Assembly: GCA_038087875.1 (NCBI GenBank)
Contig: JAXLNO010000050.1
Coordinates: 1-64,000, forward strand
Origin: Malacoraja senta
Taxonomy: Eukaryota
DNA: 64,000 nucleotides
Direction of reading: 5' to 3'
Each line of letters opens with the position of its first letter. The stretch's first letter is position 1. The notes beneath the pieces were generated by a model. That model was not told the origin of the DNA and did not search any database. It saw only the letters and a list, made by a program, of their open reading frames with translations. A program made the position numbers and the translations under genes. Positions 48,245-59,255 of the stretch are shown in pieces.

Positions 48245-49745
48245 TATAGTACTCCCTCTATACTCATGACTGCGTAGCCGGTCACAGTGCGAACTCCATC
48301 ATCAAGTTTGCTGACGACACCACTGTTGTGGGACGTATCACTGATGGGGATGAGTCAGAGTATAAAAGTGAGATCGAGCGACTGTGGATAGGGTGCCAGC
48401 ACAATAACCTGGCCCTCAACACCAGCAAAACCAAGGAACTGATTGTGGACTTTGGATGGAGTAGGATGGGGTCCCACAGCCCCGTTTATATCTACGGGTC
48501 GATGGTTGAAAGGGTCAAGAGCTTCAAATTCCTGGGCGTGCACATATCTGAAGATCTAAATGGTGGCCGATTAGGAAATGGGGAGATGCAGCGAGACCTG
48601 GGTGTCATGGTACACCAGTCATTGAAAGTAGGCATGCATGTGCAGCAGGCAGTGAAGAAAGCGAATGGTATGTTAGCTTTCATAGCAAAAGGATTTGAGT
48701 ATAGGAGCAGGGAGGTTCTACTGCAGTTGTACAGGGTCTTGGTGAGCCCACACCTGGAGTATTGCGTACAGTTTTGGTCTCCAAATCTGAGGAAGGACAT
48801 TATACCCATAGAGGGAGTGCAGAGAAGGTTCACCACACTGATTCCTGGGATGTCAGGACTTTCATATGAAGAAAGACTGGATAGACTTGGCTTATACTCG
48901 CTGGAATTTTGGAGAGTGAGAGGGGATCTTATAGAAACGTACAAATTTCTTAAGGGGTTGGACAGGCTAGATGCAGGAAGATTGTTCCCGATGTTGGGGA
49001 AGTCCAGGACAAGGGGTCATAGCTTAAGGATAAGGGGGAAATCCTTTAAGACCGAGATGAGAAAAAACTTTTTCACACAGAGAGTGGTGAATCTCTGGAA
49101 CTCTCTGCCACAGAGCGTAGTTGAGGGACAGTTCATTGGCTATATTTAAGAGGGAGTTAGATGTGGCCCTTGTGGCTAAAGGGATCAGGGGGTATGGAGA
49201 GAAGGCAGGTACGGGATACTGAGTTGGATGATCAGCCATGATCATATTGAATGGCGGTGCAGGCTCGAATGGCCTACTCCTGCACCTATTTTCTATGTAT
49301 CTATGAATCTTTCCTGGTCTGAGAACACTAATGCAATCATCAAGCAAGCTCATCAGCGCCTCTACTTCCTGAGAAGACTATGGAGAGTCGGTGTGTTAAG
49401 GAGGACTCTCTCTAACCTCTACAGGTGCACAGTAGAGAGCATGCTGACCGATTGCATCGTGGCTTGGTACGGCAACTTGAGCGCCCTGGAGAGGAAAAGA
49501 CTACATAAAGTAGTAAACACTGCCCAGTCCATCATCGGCTCTGACCTCCCTTCTATCGAGGGGATTTATCGCAGTCGCTGCCTCAAAAAGGCTGGAAGTA
49601 TCATCAAAAACCCACACCATCCTGGCCACACACTCATCTCCCTGCTTCCTTCAGGTAGAAGGTACAGGAAGGAGCCTGAAGACTGCAACAACCAGGTTCA
49701 GGAATAGCTACTACCCGACAGCCATCAGGCTATTAAACCTGGCTT
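48245..49745 (+). mobile_element. Rex1/Babar RT fragment with a nested CR1 3' fragment (~48558-49305)
   Basis: YSLYTHDCVA..IIKFADDTTVVG..SEDL, then CR1 sequence and tail, then LSWSENTNAIIK..QRLYFLRRL; ATCT duplicated at the junctions. Confidence 0.88.
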
Positions 49746-50921
49746 GGACAAAACTCTGATTATTAATAACCAATCATCTGTTATTTGCACTTTATCATTT
49801 TATTTATTCATGTGTGTATATATTTATAGTATAGTATATGGACACACTGATCTGTTTTGTAGTAAATGCCTATTATGTTCTGTGTGCTGAAGCAAAGCAA
49901 GAATGTCATTGTCCTATCAGGGACACATGACAATAAACTCACTTGAACTTGAACTTGATGGCCCTTGGTCTATATTTGATCGGACTTTACTGGGTTTATC
50001 TTGCACTAAACATTATTCCCTTATCATGCATCTGTACACTGTAAATGGCTCGACTGTAATCATGTATTGTCTGTCCACTGACTGGATAGCACGCAACAAA
50101 AAACTTTTCTCTGTACCTCGGTAAACGTGACAATAAACTAAACTGACCCGGGTCTCTGGCGCTGTGAGGCAGCAGCTCTAATGTAAATTGGCTTCTTTGA
50201 ATTGTCCCCGAGCGTGTAGAATAACATAGAACTAGCGTGCGGGTGATCGTTGGTCAGCGTAGACTCGGTGGGCGAAAGGGCCAGTTTCCACGCAGTAGCT
50301 CTAAAACTAAACTAAGGAGGATTCAGCATATGTGGGGGATGGGAGCTAATTGAGATGGATAAGGATGCCAGAAACAAATTATGGCAGAATGAATAATGAA
50401 CAGATGTTTAAAAACTGGAGTTCAATGGATGGAATAAAACATAGTTTGAGAGAAAGATGAATGGGGGAAAAAGGCATAGACTAATTTCTAAATGGGGTGA
50501 GAATCCAGAAATCGGAGGTGCAAAAGGACTTGGGAGTTCTGGTGCAGGATTCCCAAAAAGGTAATCAGCAAGACAAATCGGTGATAAAGAAGGCAAACGC
50601 AATAGTAGCATTTATTTAAAGAGGGCTAGAATACAAAAACAGGGATGTAATGCTGAGGCTCTATAAGGCGCTGGTCAGGCCACATTTGGAGTATTGTGAG
50701 CAATTTTGTGCACCATATCTGAAGAAGGTGTGCTGGCTATGGAGAGGGTCCAGAGGAGATTTACGAGAATGATCCCAGGAATGAGCGGGTTAACCTATGA
50801 TGAGCGTTTATGACGGCAGTGGGCCTGTACTCGCTGGAGTTCATTGAAATGCACCAAATAGTGAAAGGTTTGGACAGTATGGATGTGGATAGGATGTTTC
50901 CACTCATGGGAGAGTCTCGGA

Positions 50922-51147
50922 CAAGGGTTCCCAGCCTGGGGTAAATATACCCCCCATAGGGTAAATTTTGCCTACCCAGGGTGCAAATGTATTGATTCTG
51001 GATTTGTACATATTTTTTCTCATTGACTGACTGTGTTTGGTTCTGGTATCTGTTCATCATTAGTTGTTCATAAATAAGTGAAATAATATTGTAATGTGTT
51101 ATTAAAGTTGCCAGGGTAAATGGGATGAAAAAGGTTGGCAACCCCTG
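50922..51147. mobile_element. hAT/Charlie-type MITE in a CR1 fragment
   Basis: TIRs CAAGGGTTCCCAGCCT / AGGTTGGCAACCCCTG; 8-bp TSD GTCT(C/A)GGA at 50914-50921 and 51148-51155. Confidence 0.85.
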
Positions 51148-52226
51148 GTCTAGGACCAGAGCCTCAGTATTAAAGGACATTCCTTTAAGAAGGAGATGAG
51201 GAATGTCCTTAGTCAGAGGGTGATGAATCTGTGGAATTCATTGCCACAGGCGGCTGTGGAGGCCAAGTCACTGGATATTTTTAAGGATAGATTCTTGATT
51301 AGAACGAGTGTCAGGGGTTATGGGGAGAAGTCAGGAGATACTTGGCGGCCGAATGGCCTAATTCTGCTCCTGTAACTTATGAGCGAGGGGTCAATGTTAC
51401 CTGAGGTGGTAACATATGATGGACAAGTAAATGGGATTGTGGTGATGTCCACGATACAGAGAGTATTGCTCAACATGGTGAAATGATGCACTGCCATTCC
51501 TTCTAAGCTTACTTTAGAGATACAGCATGGAAACAGGCCGTTCGGCCCACCAAGTACGCGCCAACCAGCGATCACCCGTACACTATGTCTACCCTACTCA
51601 CTGGGGACAATTTTCAGAATTAATCTACACACCTGCACGCCTTTGGAATGAGGGGGGAAATCGGAGCACCCGGAGAAAACACAAACAGTCACAGAGAGAA
51701 CGTACAAACTCTAGTCCCACCTGCCTGCATTTGCCCCATATCCCTCTCAACCTTTCCTATTTCCAGACCTGTCAAAATGTCTTTTAAATCGAAGATAAGA
51801 CACAAAATGCTGGAGTAACTCAGCGGGACGTGCAGCATCTCTGGAGAGAAGGAATGGGTGATGTTTCATGTTGAGACCCTTCTTCAGAGTGATGACGAGA
51901 GTGGGCACAGAGATAAAATGCAGTCAGAGACAGTGAGACTAGTGAGAGAACTGGGAAGGGGGAGGGCTGGAGAGAGAGGGAAAGCAAGGGCTACTTGAAG
52001 TTAGAGAAGTCAATGTTCATACCACTGGGGTGTAAGCTGCCCAGGCAAAATTTGAGGTGCTGTTCATAAGTTCATAAGTGATAGGAGCCGAATTGGGCTA
52101 TTCGGCTCAACAAGTCTCCTCCGCCATTCAATCATGGCTGATCTATCTCTCCCTCCTAACCCTGTTTTCCTGCATTCACCACATAACCCCTGACACCCGC
52201 ACTAATCAAAAATCTTTCTATCTGTT

Positions 52227-52261
52227 AGTCTGAAGAAGGGTCTCGACCCGAAACGTCGCCT
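52227..52261 (+). ncRNA. Putative minimal type-I hammerhead ribozyme (best copy)
   Basis: CTGAAGA-A-GGGT-CTCG-ACCC-GAAA-CGTC: CUGANGA and GAAA boxes, 4-bp stem II, palindromic ACGT in place of stem III, GUC cleavage triplet. Stem I is weak. Confidence 0.5.
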
Positions 52262-53411
52262 TCTCTCCATAAATGCTGCCTCACACGCTCAGTTCCTCCC
52301 GCATTTTTGTCTACCTTGGATTTTTCCAGCATCTGCAGTTGCTTTCTTAAACAAAAATCTATCTATCTCTGCCTTTGAAATATCCATTGACAGCCTCCAC
52401 AGCCTTCTGTGGCAAAGAATTCCACACAATCACCTCCCTCTGACTAGCAGCAATTGTGAAACCAGTCTCAGACAACTGGGTACCTCCAACCACCCTAATG
52501 TCAGGCCTCATGAATTATACATGTTTACATGTATCCAACATTGCTAATTATGACCAATGCAGTGAGCTGCAGCCAATGCTCACGCTAAACCCACTCAATT
52601 ATTTAATCTTCTTTAAACAGATCGCCTGGCAACAACTTCAAGGAAGCTAATTTCAATTTGATCATCCAAACACTACCTCCAATTTGCGCTGGGCTTCACT
52701 CTGACAATGGAGGAGGCCAACGACAGAAAGGTCAGTGTGGGAATGGGAGGAGAATTAAGTGTTGAGCAACCGGGAGATCAGGTAGGTTCTCCAGTAAAGT
52801 ATCGGAGGATAATCCAGAAAGGCTCTGGAACCAAAATGCTCTACTCATCATGGAGGGCAATGTCAAAGATCAATGAAAAACTAAAGATAGACACAAAAGG
52901 CTGGAGGAACTCAGCGGGACAGACAGCATCTCTGGAGAAAAGGGGCAGGTGACGTTTCGGGTCTGAAAGTAAATCTTTCCCATCTCACCTTCAACCTATG
53001 TCCTCTGGTTCTTGGTTCCCAAACCCTGCGTAACATACTGCATTCATTTTATCTATTCCCCTCACGGTCTTGTACGCCTCTCTAAAGTCAGCCCTCACAC
53101 TCCTGCACACCAAACCTGCTCAACCTCTCCCTATGGCTCAGGCCCTCAAGTCCTGGCAACATCCATCGTTAATAGACACAAAAAGCTGGAGTAACTCAGC
53201 GGGACAGGCAGCATCTCTGGAGAGAAGGATTGGGTGACGTTTTGTGTGACCCTTCTTCAGACTTCCAAAGTAAATCTCGATACAAATCAAAAGCACATAA
53301 ATCGACAAGGCTGTAAAGTTTAATTTGGCATTTGGAAGGTGAAGTGGCAGGATATAATTAATGCTGCTGCACAAAACCCTTTATCGAGAATGTGGCGCAG
53401 TCGTTACTTAC

Positions 53412-53442
53412 GAAAGATTGCAGCCAAAAATGCCTTGCGCAT
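53412..53442 (-). CDS. Candidate first coding exon (MRKAFLAAIF, phase 1)
   Basis: ATG..TTT C|GTAAGT with a perfect donor, inside a non-repetitive island; phase fits the acceptor at 47770. Short, so a chance match is possible. Confidence 0.3.
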
Positions 53443-54424
53443 TCTAAATGGCCACATAATGGAACAGAGCGTCTATTAATTAATTATTACATGGGGCGTG
53501 CTGCGGAGTAGGAATAATTGATTACTTCATCGGTTGCCTGAGCTCTGCATTATTTCACCTCTGTGTGATGTACGGAAATAGCTTAAAATAGTAAGGCTGT
53601 GGTTTCACATGGATAGTTCGATAGTAGCGGTGAATTTATAACTCGAAGGACCTGGTCAAAGAGAGATACAACGTGGAAACAGGCTTCTCAACTCAACTTG
53701 CCCACACCGACCAAAATGTCCCTGCTACACTAGTCCCAACTGCCTGTATTTGGTACATATCCCTCTAAATCTGCCCTATCCATCCAAATGTGTTTTAAAT
53801 ATTGTTATAGTCCATTACCTCCTCTGGCAGCTCGCTCCACACACCTTCTATCCTCTGTGTAAAAACGTGGCCCCTCAGGTTCCTATTAAATCTTTCCCCC
53901 CACACCTGAAGCCTATGTCCTCTGGTTCTGGATTTCCTCAATTCTGGGTAAAAGACTGTGCATTTAGCCAATCTATTCCTTTCATGATATTATACACTTC
54001 TATAAGATCAGCCTCCTGCACTCGATGGAATAAAGTCCTAGCGTGCCCAACCTCTCCCTATAGCTCAGGCCCTCGAGTCCTGGAAACATCTCGTAAATCT
54101 TCTCTGCTCCCTCTCCTCCAGATTGACAACATCTTTCCTCTAACAGGGTTCATATGTGAAGCATAATGGACGGGTACATGGATAGGAACGGTTTAGGAAG
54201 GTTATGGGCCAAACACAGGCAGGTGGGACTAGTGTAGATGGGACATGTTGGTCGGTTTGAGTAAGTTGGGCCGAATGACCTGCTTGCATGTTGTGTGACT
54301 CTAGGCAGGAGAGATAGTTATCCAGTGTCAACTGAATCCATGATTGGCTATTCATCCCAACCCCGGGAAAAGTACCTCAAACACTAACATCAAGCAGTGC
54401 ACATACGCAAACAAACACACTGTA

Positions 54425-54799
54425 CAGGTCCACCACCGATTCTGCGGCAACTGGTGGTCCAGACAAAATTACGAGTGCACTCTTGAAATGCCCCCGGAAC
54501 TCTCCCGCGAAAATGTGGTACCCAGGCCGGGTGAGGCGGCTGATCTTAACCTCATCGGGACTTCTGTGCCGATCGGCGGGATGAATATGCCCCCGGCGGC
54601 CAGAGCCGGCAGATCTGTTCCAATTGCCCACTTCCACGACAAACTTTGCGGGCCGATATCTCAGTCCACCGGCGGCCTAGGTGGACCGTTCCAGTACCAT
54701 TGAACTCCCCTCGAGACCATGACCTCTTTTTGTCCAGCAAAAAGAATAATCCAGAAAGGCTCTGGAACCAAGGGTGCCGGAAATTCGGTGGTGGATCTG
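54425..54799. mobile_element. Tigger/pogo-like MITE
   Basis: TA-CAGGTCCACCACCGA...TCGGTGGTGGATCTG-TA; fragments of the same family at ~830-900 and ~52790-52835. Confidence 0.8.
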
Positions 54800-56569
54800 T
54801 ACATTTGACTGGTTGCATCACGGCCATTTTCGGCAACTCGAAAGCCCAGGTAAGAAGGAGATTATAAAAGGTGGTGGACACTGCCCTGTCCATCACGGGT
54901 ACTGACCTCCCCGCCATCATATGGTCCTGAGAAAACAAGGCCTGTATACCAAAAGCTCTATTCACCATGGAGGGCAATGTCAAAGATCAATGAAAAACCG
55001 AAGATAGACACAAAAGGCTGGAGGAACTCAGTGGGACTGACAGCATCCCTGGCGAAAGGGGCAGGTGACGCTTCAGGTTTGATTACACTGTCCTGATTAG
55101 TTTTACTGATTGTATGCCTTGTTGTCAGCTTCTCCCCTGCCAACAATGAACCATTCTTGTCTTCAGAAGGGTCCCGACCCGAAATGTCACCCATTCCTTC
55201 TCTCCAGAGATGCTGTCTGACCCGCTGAGTTACTCCAGCACTTTATGTCTACCTTCGAATGAACCAATCTACTATTCCTTGATCATCGTCTGCTTTCAAA
55301 TGTCTTCCATATCTCTCGTTTCCCTCTCCCCTGACTCTCAGTCTGAAGAAGGTTCTCGACCCTAAATGTCACCCATTCCTTTTCTCCACAGATGCTGCCT
55401 GACCCACTGAGATATTCCAGATTTTGTGTCTAACTTTGGTTCAAACCAGGATCTGCAGTTCTGCTCCTTCCCACACATCAATGAGGGACCGTGTTCTCTG
55501 GGTTAACCAGATGCAGTGTTATTTTATTCTACTCACAGCCTGAGACGCTTCACCATACTTCGACCGCAGGCTGCGGGCGCTTGGAGCGCCCCGACGCGGG
55601 AGCTTGATTTGCCCCGACGCTGGAGCTTGGATCGCCCCGACGCGGGGGCTTCGACCGCCAGCTGCGGGAGCTCCAATTGCCCCGACAGATGGATCATCTG
55701 CCCCGACTGCAGGAGAAAAATGAGGGAAGAAGGTTAGCCTTTATTGCCTTCCATCATAGCGAGGAATCCGCTGTGGTGGATGTTTATGGTAACTTTTATG
55801 TAGTTGTGTGTCTTGTTACTTTTTTTGTACGGCGAATTGGTAATTCGAATATCACTGTACCTTAATTGGTACAGGTGACATTAAAAGACCTTTGAAACCT
55901 TTGAAAACAAAGCTTTTCACTTTATCTCAGTACACGTGACAATAATAATCCTACACATATAGTTCTCCAATACAGACTGGGCACAAACTAAACACCACCA
56001 TAATGAGAAGAACTGATCCCCTGTAGATGGTAATTTGACATTGCATCTTATTCTGGTCTCTCTTTCAGGCCATTTGCCCCATCTTGCTCTACATTTAAAA
56101 TAGTCACAAAATGCTGTAGGTGACGTTATGGGTCAAGACCCTTCTTCAGACGGAGAGTCAGGTGTGAGGCAAACGAGAGATAGAGAGGGTGATATAAGGA
56201 CTGCAGATGCTGGTTTACAATGAAGATAGGCCCAAAACATCACCCATTCCTTCTATCCAGAGATGCCGCCTGTCCCGCTAAGTTACTCCAGCATTTTGAG
56301 ACTATCATTGGTGTAAATCAGCATCTGCTGTTTTTTCCTATACATTTTGTCTGCTCTACATTTAGATACAGATCCTCCCCACTGCGTGGTCACTCTCTTT
56401 ATGTACGGCCCATCCAGCAGATGCATTTGGCCGTTGCTATGGGACAGGAGGCATCTTCTACCAAGTGAGAAATCGGTCCTTACCTCGGCATTTCCCATTT
56501 GCAAACCGTTCTTGTAACAAAGAGCTCCCGGGAAGAGAATCCAGTCGCAATCCGGGGATGAGCCAATTG

Positions 56570-59255
56570 ACAATAGACAATAGGTGCAGGAGAAGGCCAT
56601 TTGGCCCTTTGAGCCAGCACCGCCATTCAATGAGATCATGGCTGATCATCCTCAATCAGTACCTAGTTCCAGCCTTCTCCCCATATCCCCTGGCTCCACC
56701 ATCTTTAAGAGCCCTATCTAGCTCTCTCTTGAAATCATCCAGAGCACCAGCCTCCACAGCGCTCTGATGTAGAGACTTCCACAGAATTCATAACTCTCTG
56801 TGTGAAGAAGTGATTCCTCGTCTCCGTTGTACATGGCTTACACCTTATTCACAAACTGCGGCCCCTGGTTCTGGACTCCCCCAACATTGGGAACATGTTT
56901 CCTGCCTCTAGCGTGTCCAAACACTACATAATTTTATATGTTTCAATAAGATCTCCTCTCATCCTTCTAAACTCCAGAGTGTACAAGCCCAGCCGCTCCA
57001 TTCTCTCAGCATACGACAGCCCCGCCATCCCGGGAATTAACCTTGTAAACCTACGCTGCACTCCCTCAATAGCAAGAATGTCCTTCCTCAAATTAAGGGA
57101 CCAATACTGTACACAATGGTTTGACTACGGCCCTGTACAACTGCAGAAGGACCTCTTTGCTCCTATACTCAACTCCTCTTGTTATGAAGGCCAACATGCC
57201 ATTCGCTTTCTTCACTGCCTGCTGTACCTGCATGCTTATTTTCATTGACTGATGAGCAAGGAAACCCAGATCCCGTTGCACTTCCCATTTTCCCAAATTG
57301 ACACCATTTAGATAGTAATCTGTCTTCCTGGTTTTGCTACCAAAGTGGATAACCTCACATTTATCCACATTAAACTGCATCTGCCAAGCATCTGCCCACT
57401 CACCCAACCTGTCGAAATCACCCTGCATTCTCATAGCATCATCCTCACAGTTCACACTGCCACCCAGCTTTGTGTCATCTGCATATTTTCTAATGTTACT
57501 TTGAACCCCTTCATCTAAATCATTGATGTATATTGTAAATATCTGCGGTCCCAGCACCGAGCCTTGCGGTACCCCACTAGTCACTGCCTGCCATTCTGAA
57601 AGGGACCCTTTAATCCCTACTCTTTGTTTCCTGTCTGCCAACCACTTCTCTATCCATGTCAGCACTCTACCCCCAAAACCATGTGCCCTATTTTTGCCCA
57701 CTAATCTCCTATGTGGGACCTAATCAAATGCTTTCTGAAAGTCCAAGTACACCACATCCACTGCCCCCCCTCCCTTGTCCATTTTCCTCGTTAGATCCTC
57801 AATAAATTCCAGAAGATTAGTCAAGCATGATTTCCCCTTCATAAATCCATGCTGACTCGGACCGATCCTGTTACTGCTATCCAAATGCCGCTATTTCATC
57901 TTTTAATGATTGACTTCAGCATCTTCCCCACCACCGATGTCAGGCTAACTAGCCTATAATTCCCTGTTTTCTCTCTCCCGCCTTTCTTAAAAAGTGGGAT
58001 ACCATTAGCTACCCTCCAATCCACATGAACTGATCCTGAATCTAAAGAACATTGGAAAATGATCACCAATGCATCCACAATATCTAGAGCCACTTCCTTA
58101 AGTACCCTAGGATGCAGACTATCAGGCCCTGGGGATTTATCAGCCTTCATTCCCATCAGTCTATCCAACACTATTTCCTGCCTAATGTGGATTTCCTTCA
58201 GTTCCTCCATCACCCCAGATCCTCTGGCCACTAGTACATCAGGAGTGTCCTCCTTAGTGAAGACGGATCCAAAGTACCTGTTCAACTGATCTGCCATTTC
58301 CTTGTTCCCCATAATAAATTCACCTTTTTCAGTCTTCAATGGTCCAACTTTGGTCTTTACTTATTTTTTCCTCTTTACATACCTAAAGAAGCTTTTACTA
58401 TTCTCTTTTATATTCTTGGCTGGCTTACTTTCGTACCTCATCTTTTGTCCCCGTATTGCCTTTTTAGTTATCTTCTGTTGCTCCTTAAACATTACCCAAT
58501 CCTCTTGCTTCCCGCTCATCTTTGTTATGTTGTACTTCTTCTCTTTTACATTTAAATTGTCCCTGACGTCCCTTGCCAGCCACGGTCGCCCCTTACTCCC
58601 CTTGGAATCTTTCTTCGTATTTGGAATGAACTGATCCTGCACCTTCTGTATTATTCCCATAAATACCTACCATTTTGTTCCACTGTCATCCCTGCTAGTG
58701 TATCTTTCCAGTCAACTTTGGCCAGCTCCTCCCTCATGGCTCCATAGTCACCTTTATTCAACTGTAACACTGACACCTCCGATCCACCCTTCTCCCTCTC
58801 CAATTGTAGATTATACTTGACCATATTATGGTCACTAATTACCTCCTAATGGCTCATTAACCTCAAGTTCCTTTATCAAATCCGGGTCATTACATAACAC
58901 TAAAGCCAGAATTGCCTTCTCCCTGGTTGGCTCCAACACAAGCTGCTCTAAGAATCCATCACGAAGGCACTCCACAAACTGCCTTTCTTCGGGTCCAGTA
59001 CTAACCTGATTTCCCCAGTCTACCTGCATGTTGAAATCTCCCATAACAACTGTAGCATTACCTATACTACATGCCAATTTAAATTCCTGTATCAACTTGC
59101 ACCCAATATTCAGGCTACTGTTTGGGGGCCTTTGGATGTCCCATTTTACCCTTACAATTCCGTAGTTCTGTCCATTCTGACTCTACATTTCCTGTTTCAA
59201 TGTCACCCCTTGCAAGGGACTGAATTTCATTCCTCACCAACAGAGCTACCCCAGT
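56570..59255 (-). mobile_element. CR1 LINE ORF2 (EN to RT to 3' UTR), decayed
   Basis: VVMGDFN (58835-59095), KSPGPD..NYRLVSLTS (57896-58339), GVPQGSVLGP..YADDTKL (57093-57701); tail at ~56570. Confidence 0.92.

Noticed and set aside
48328..49149. 273-aa ORF as a novel RT protein
   Set aside because: Chance in-frame junction of a CR1 3' fragment inserted into a Rex1/Babar RT; host sequence resumes after the CR1 tail.
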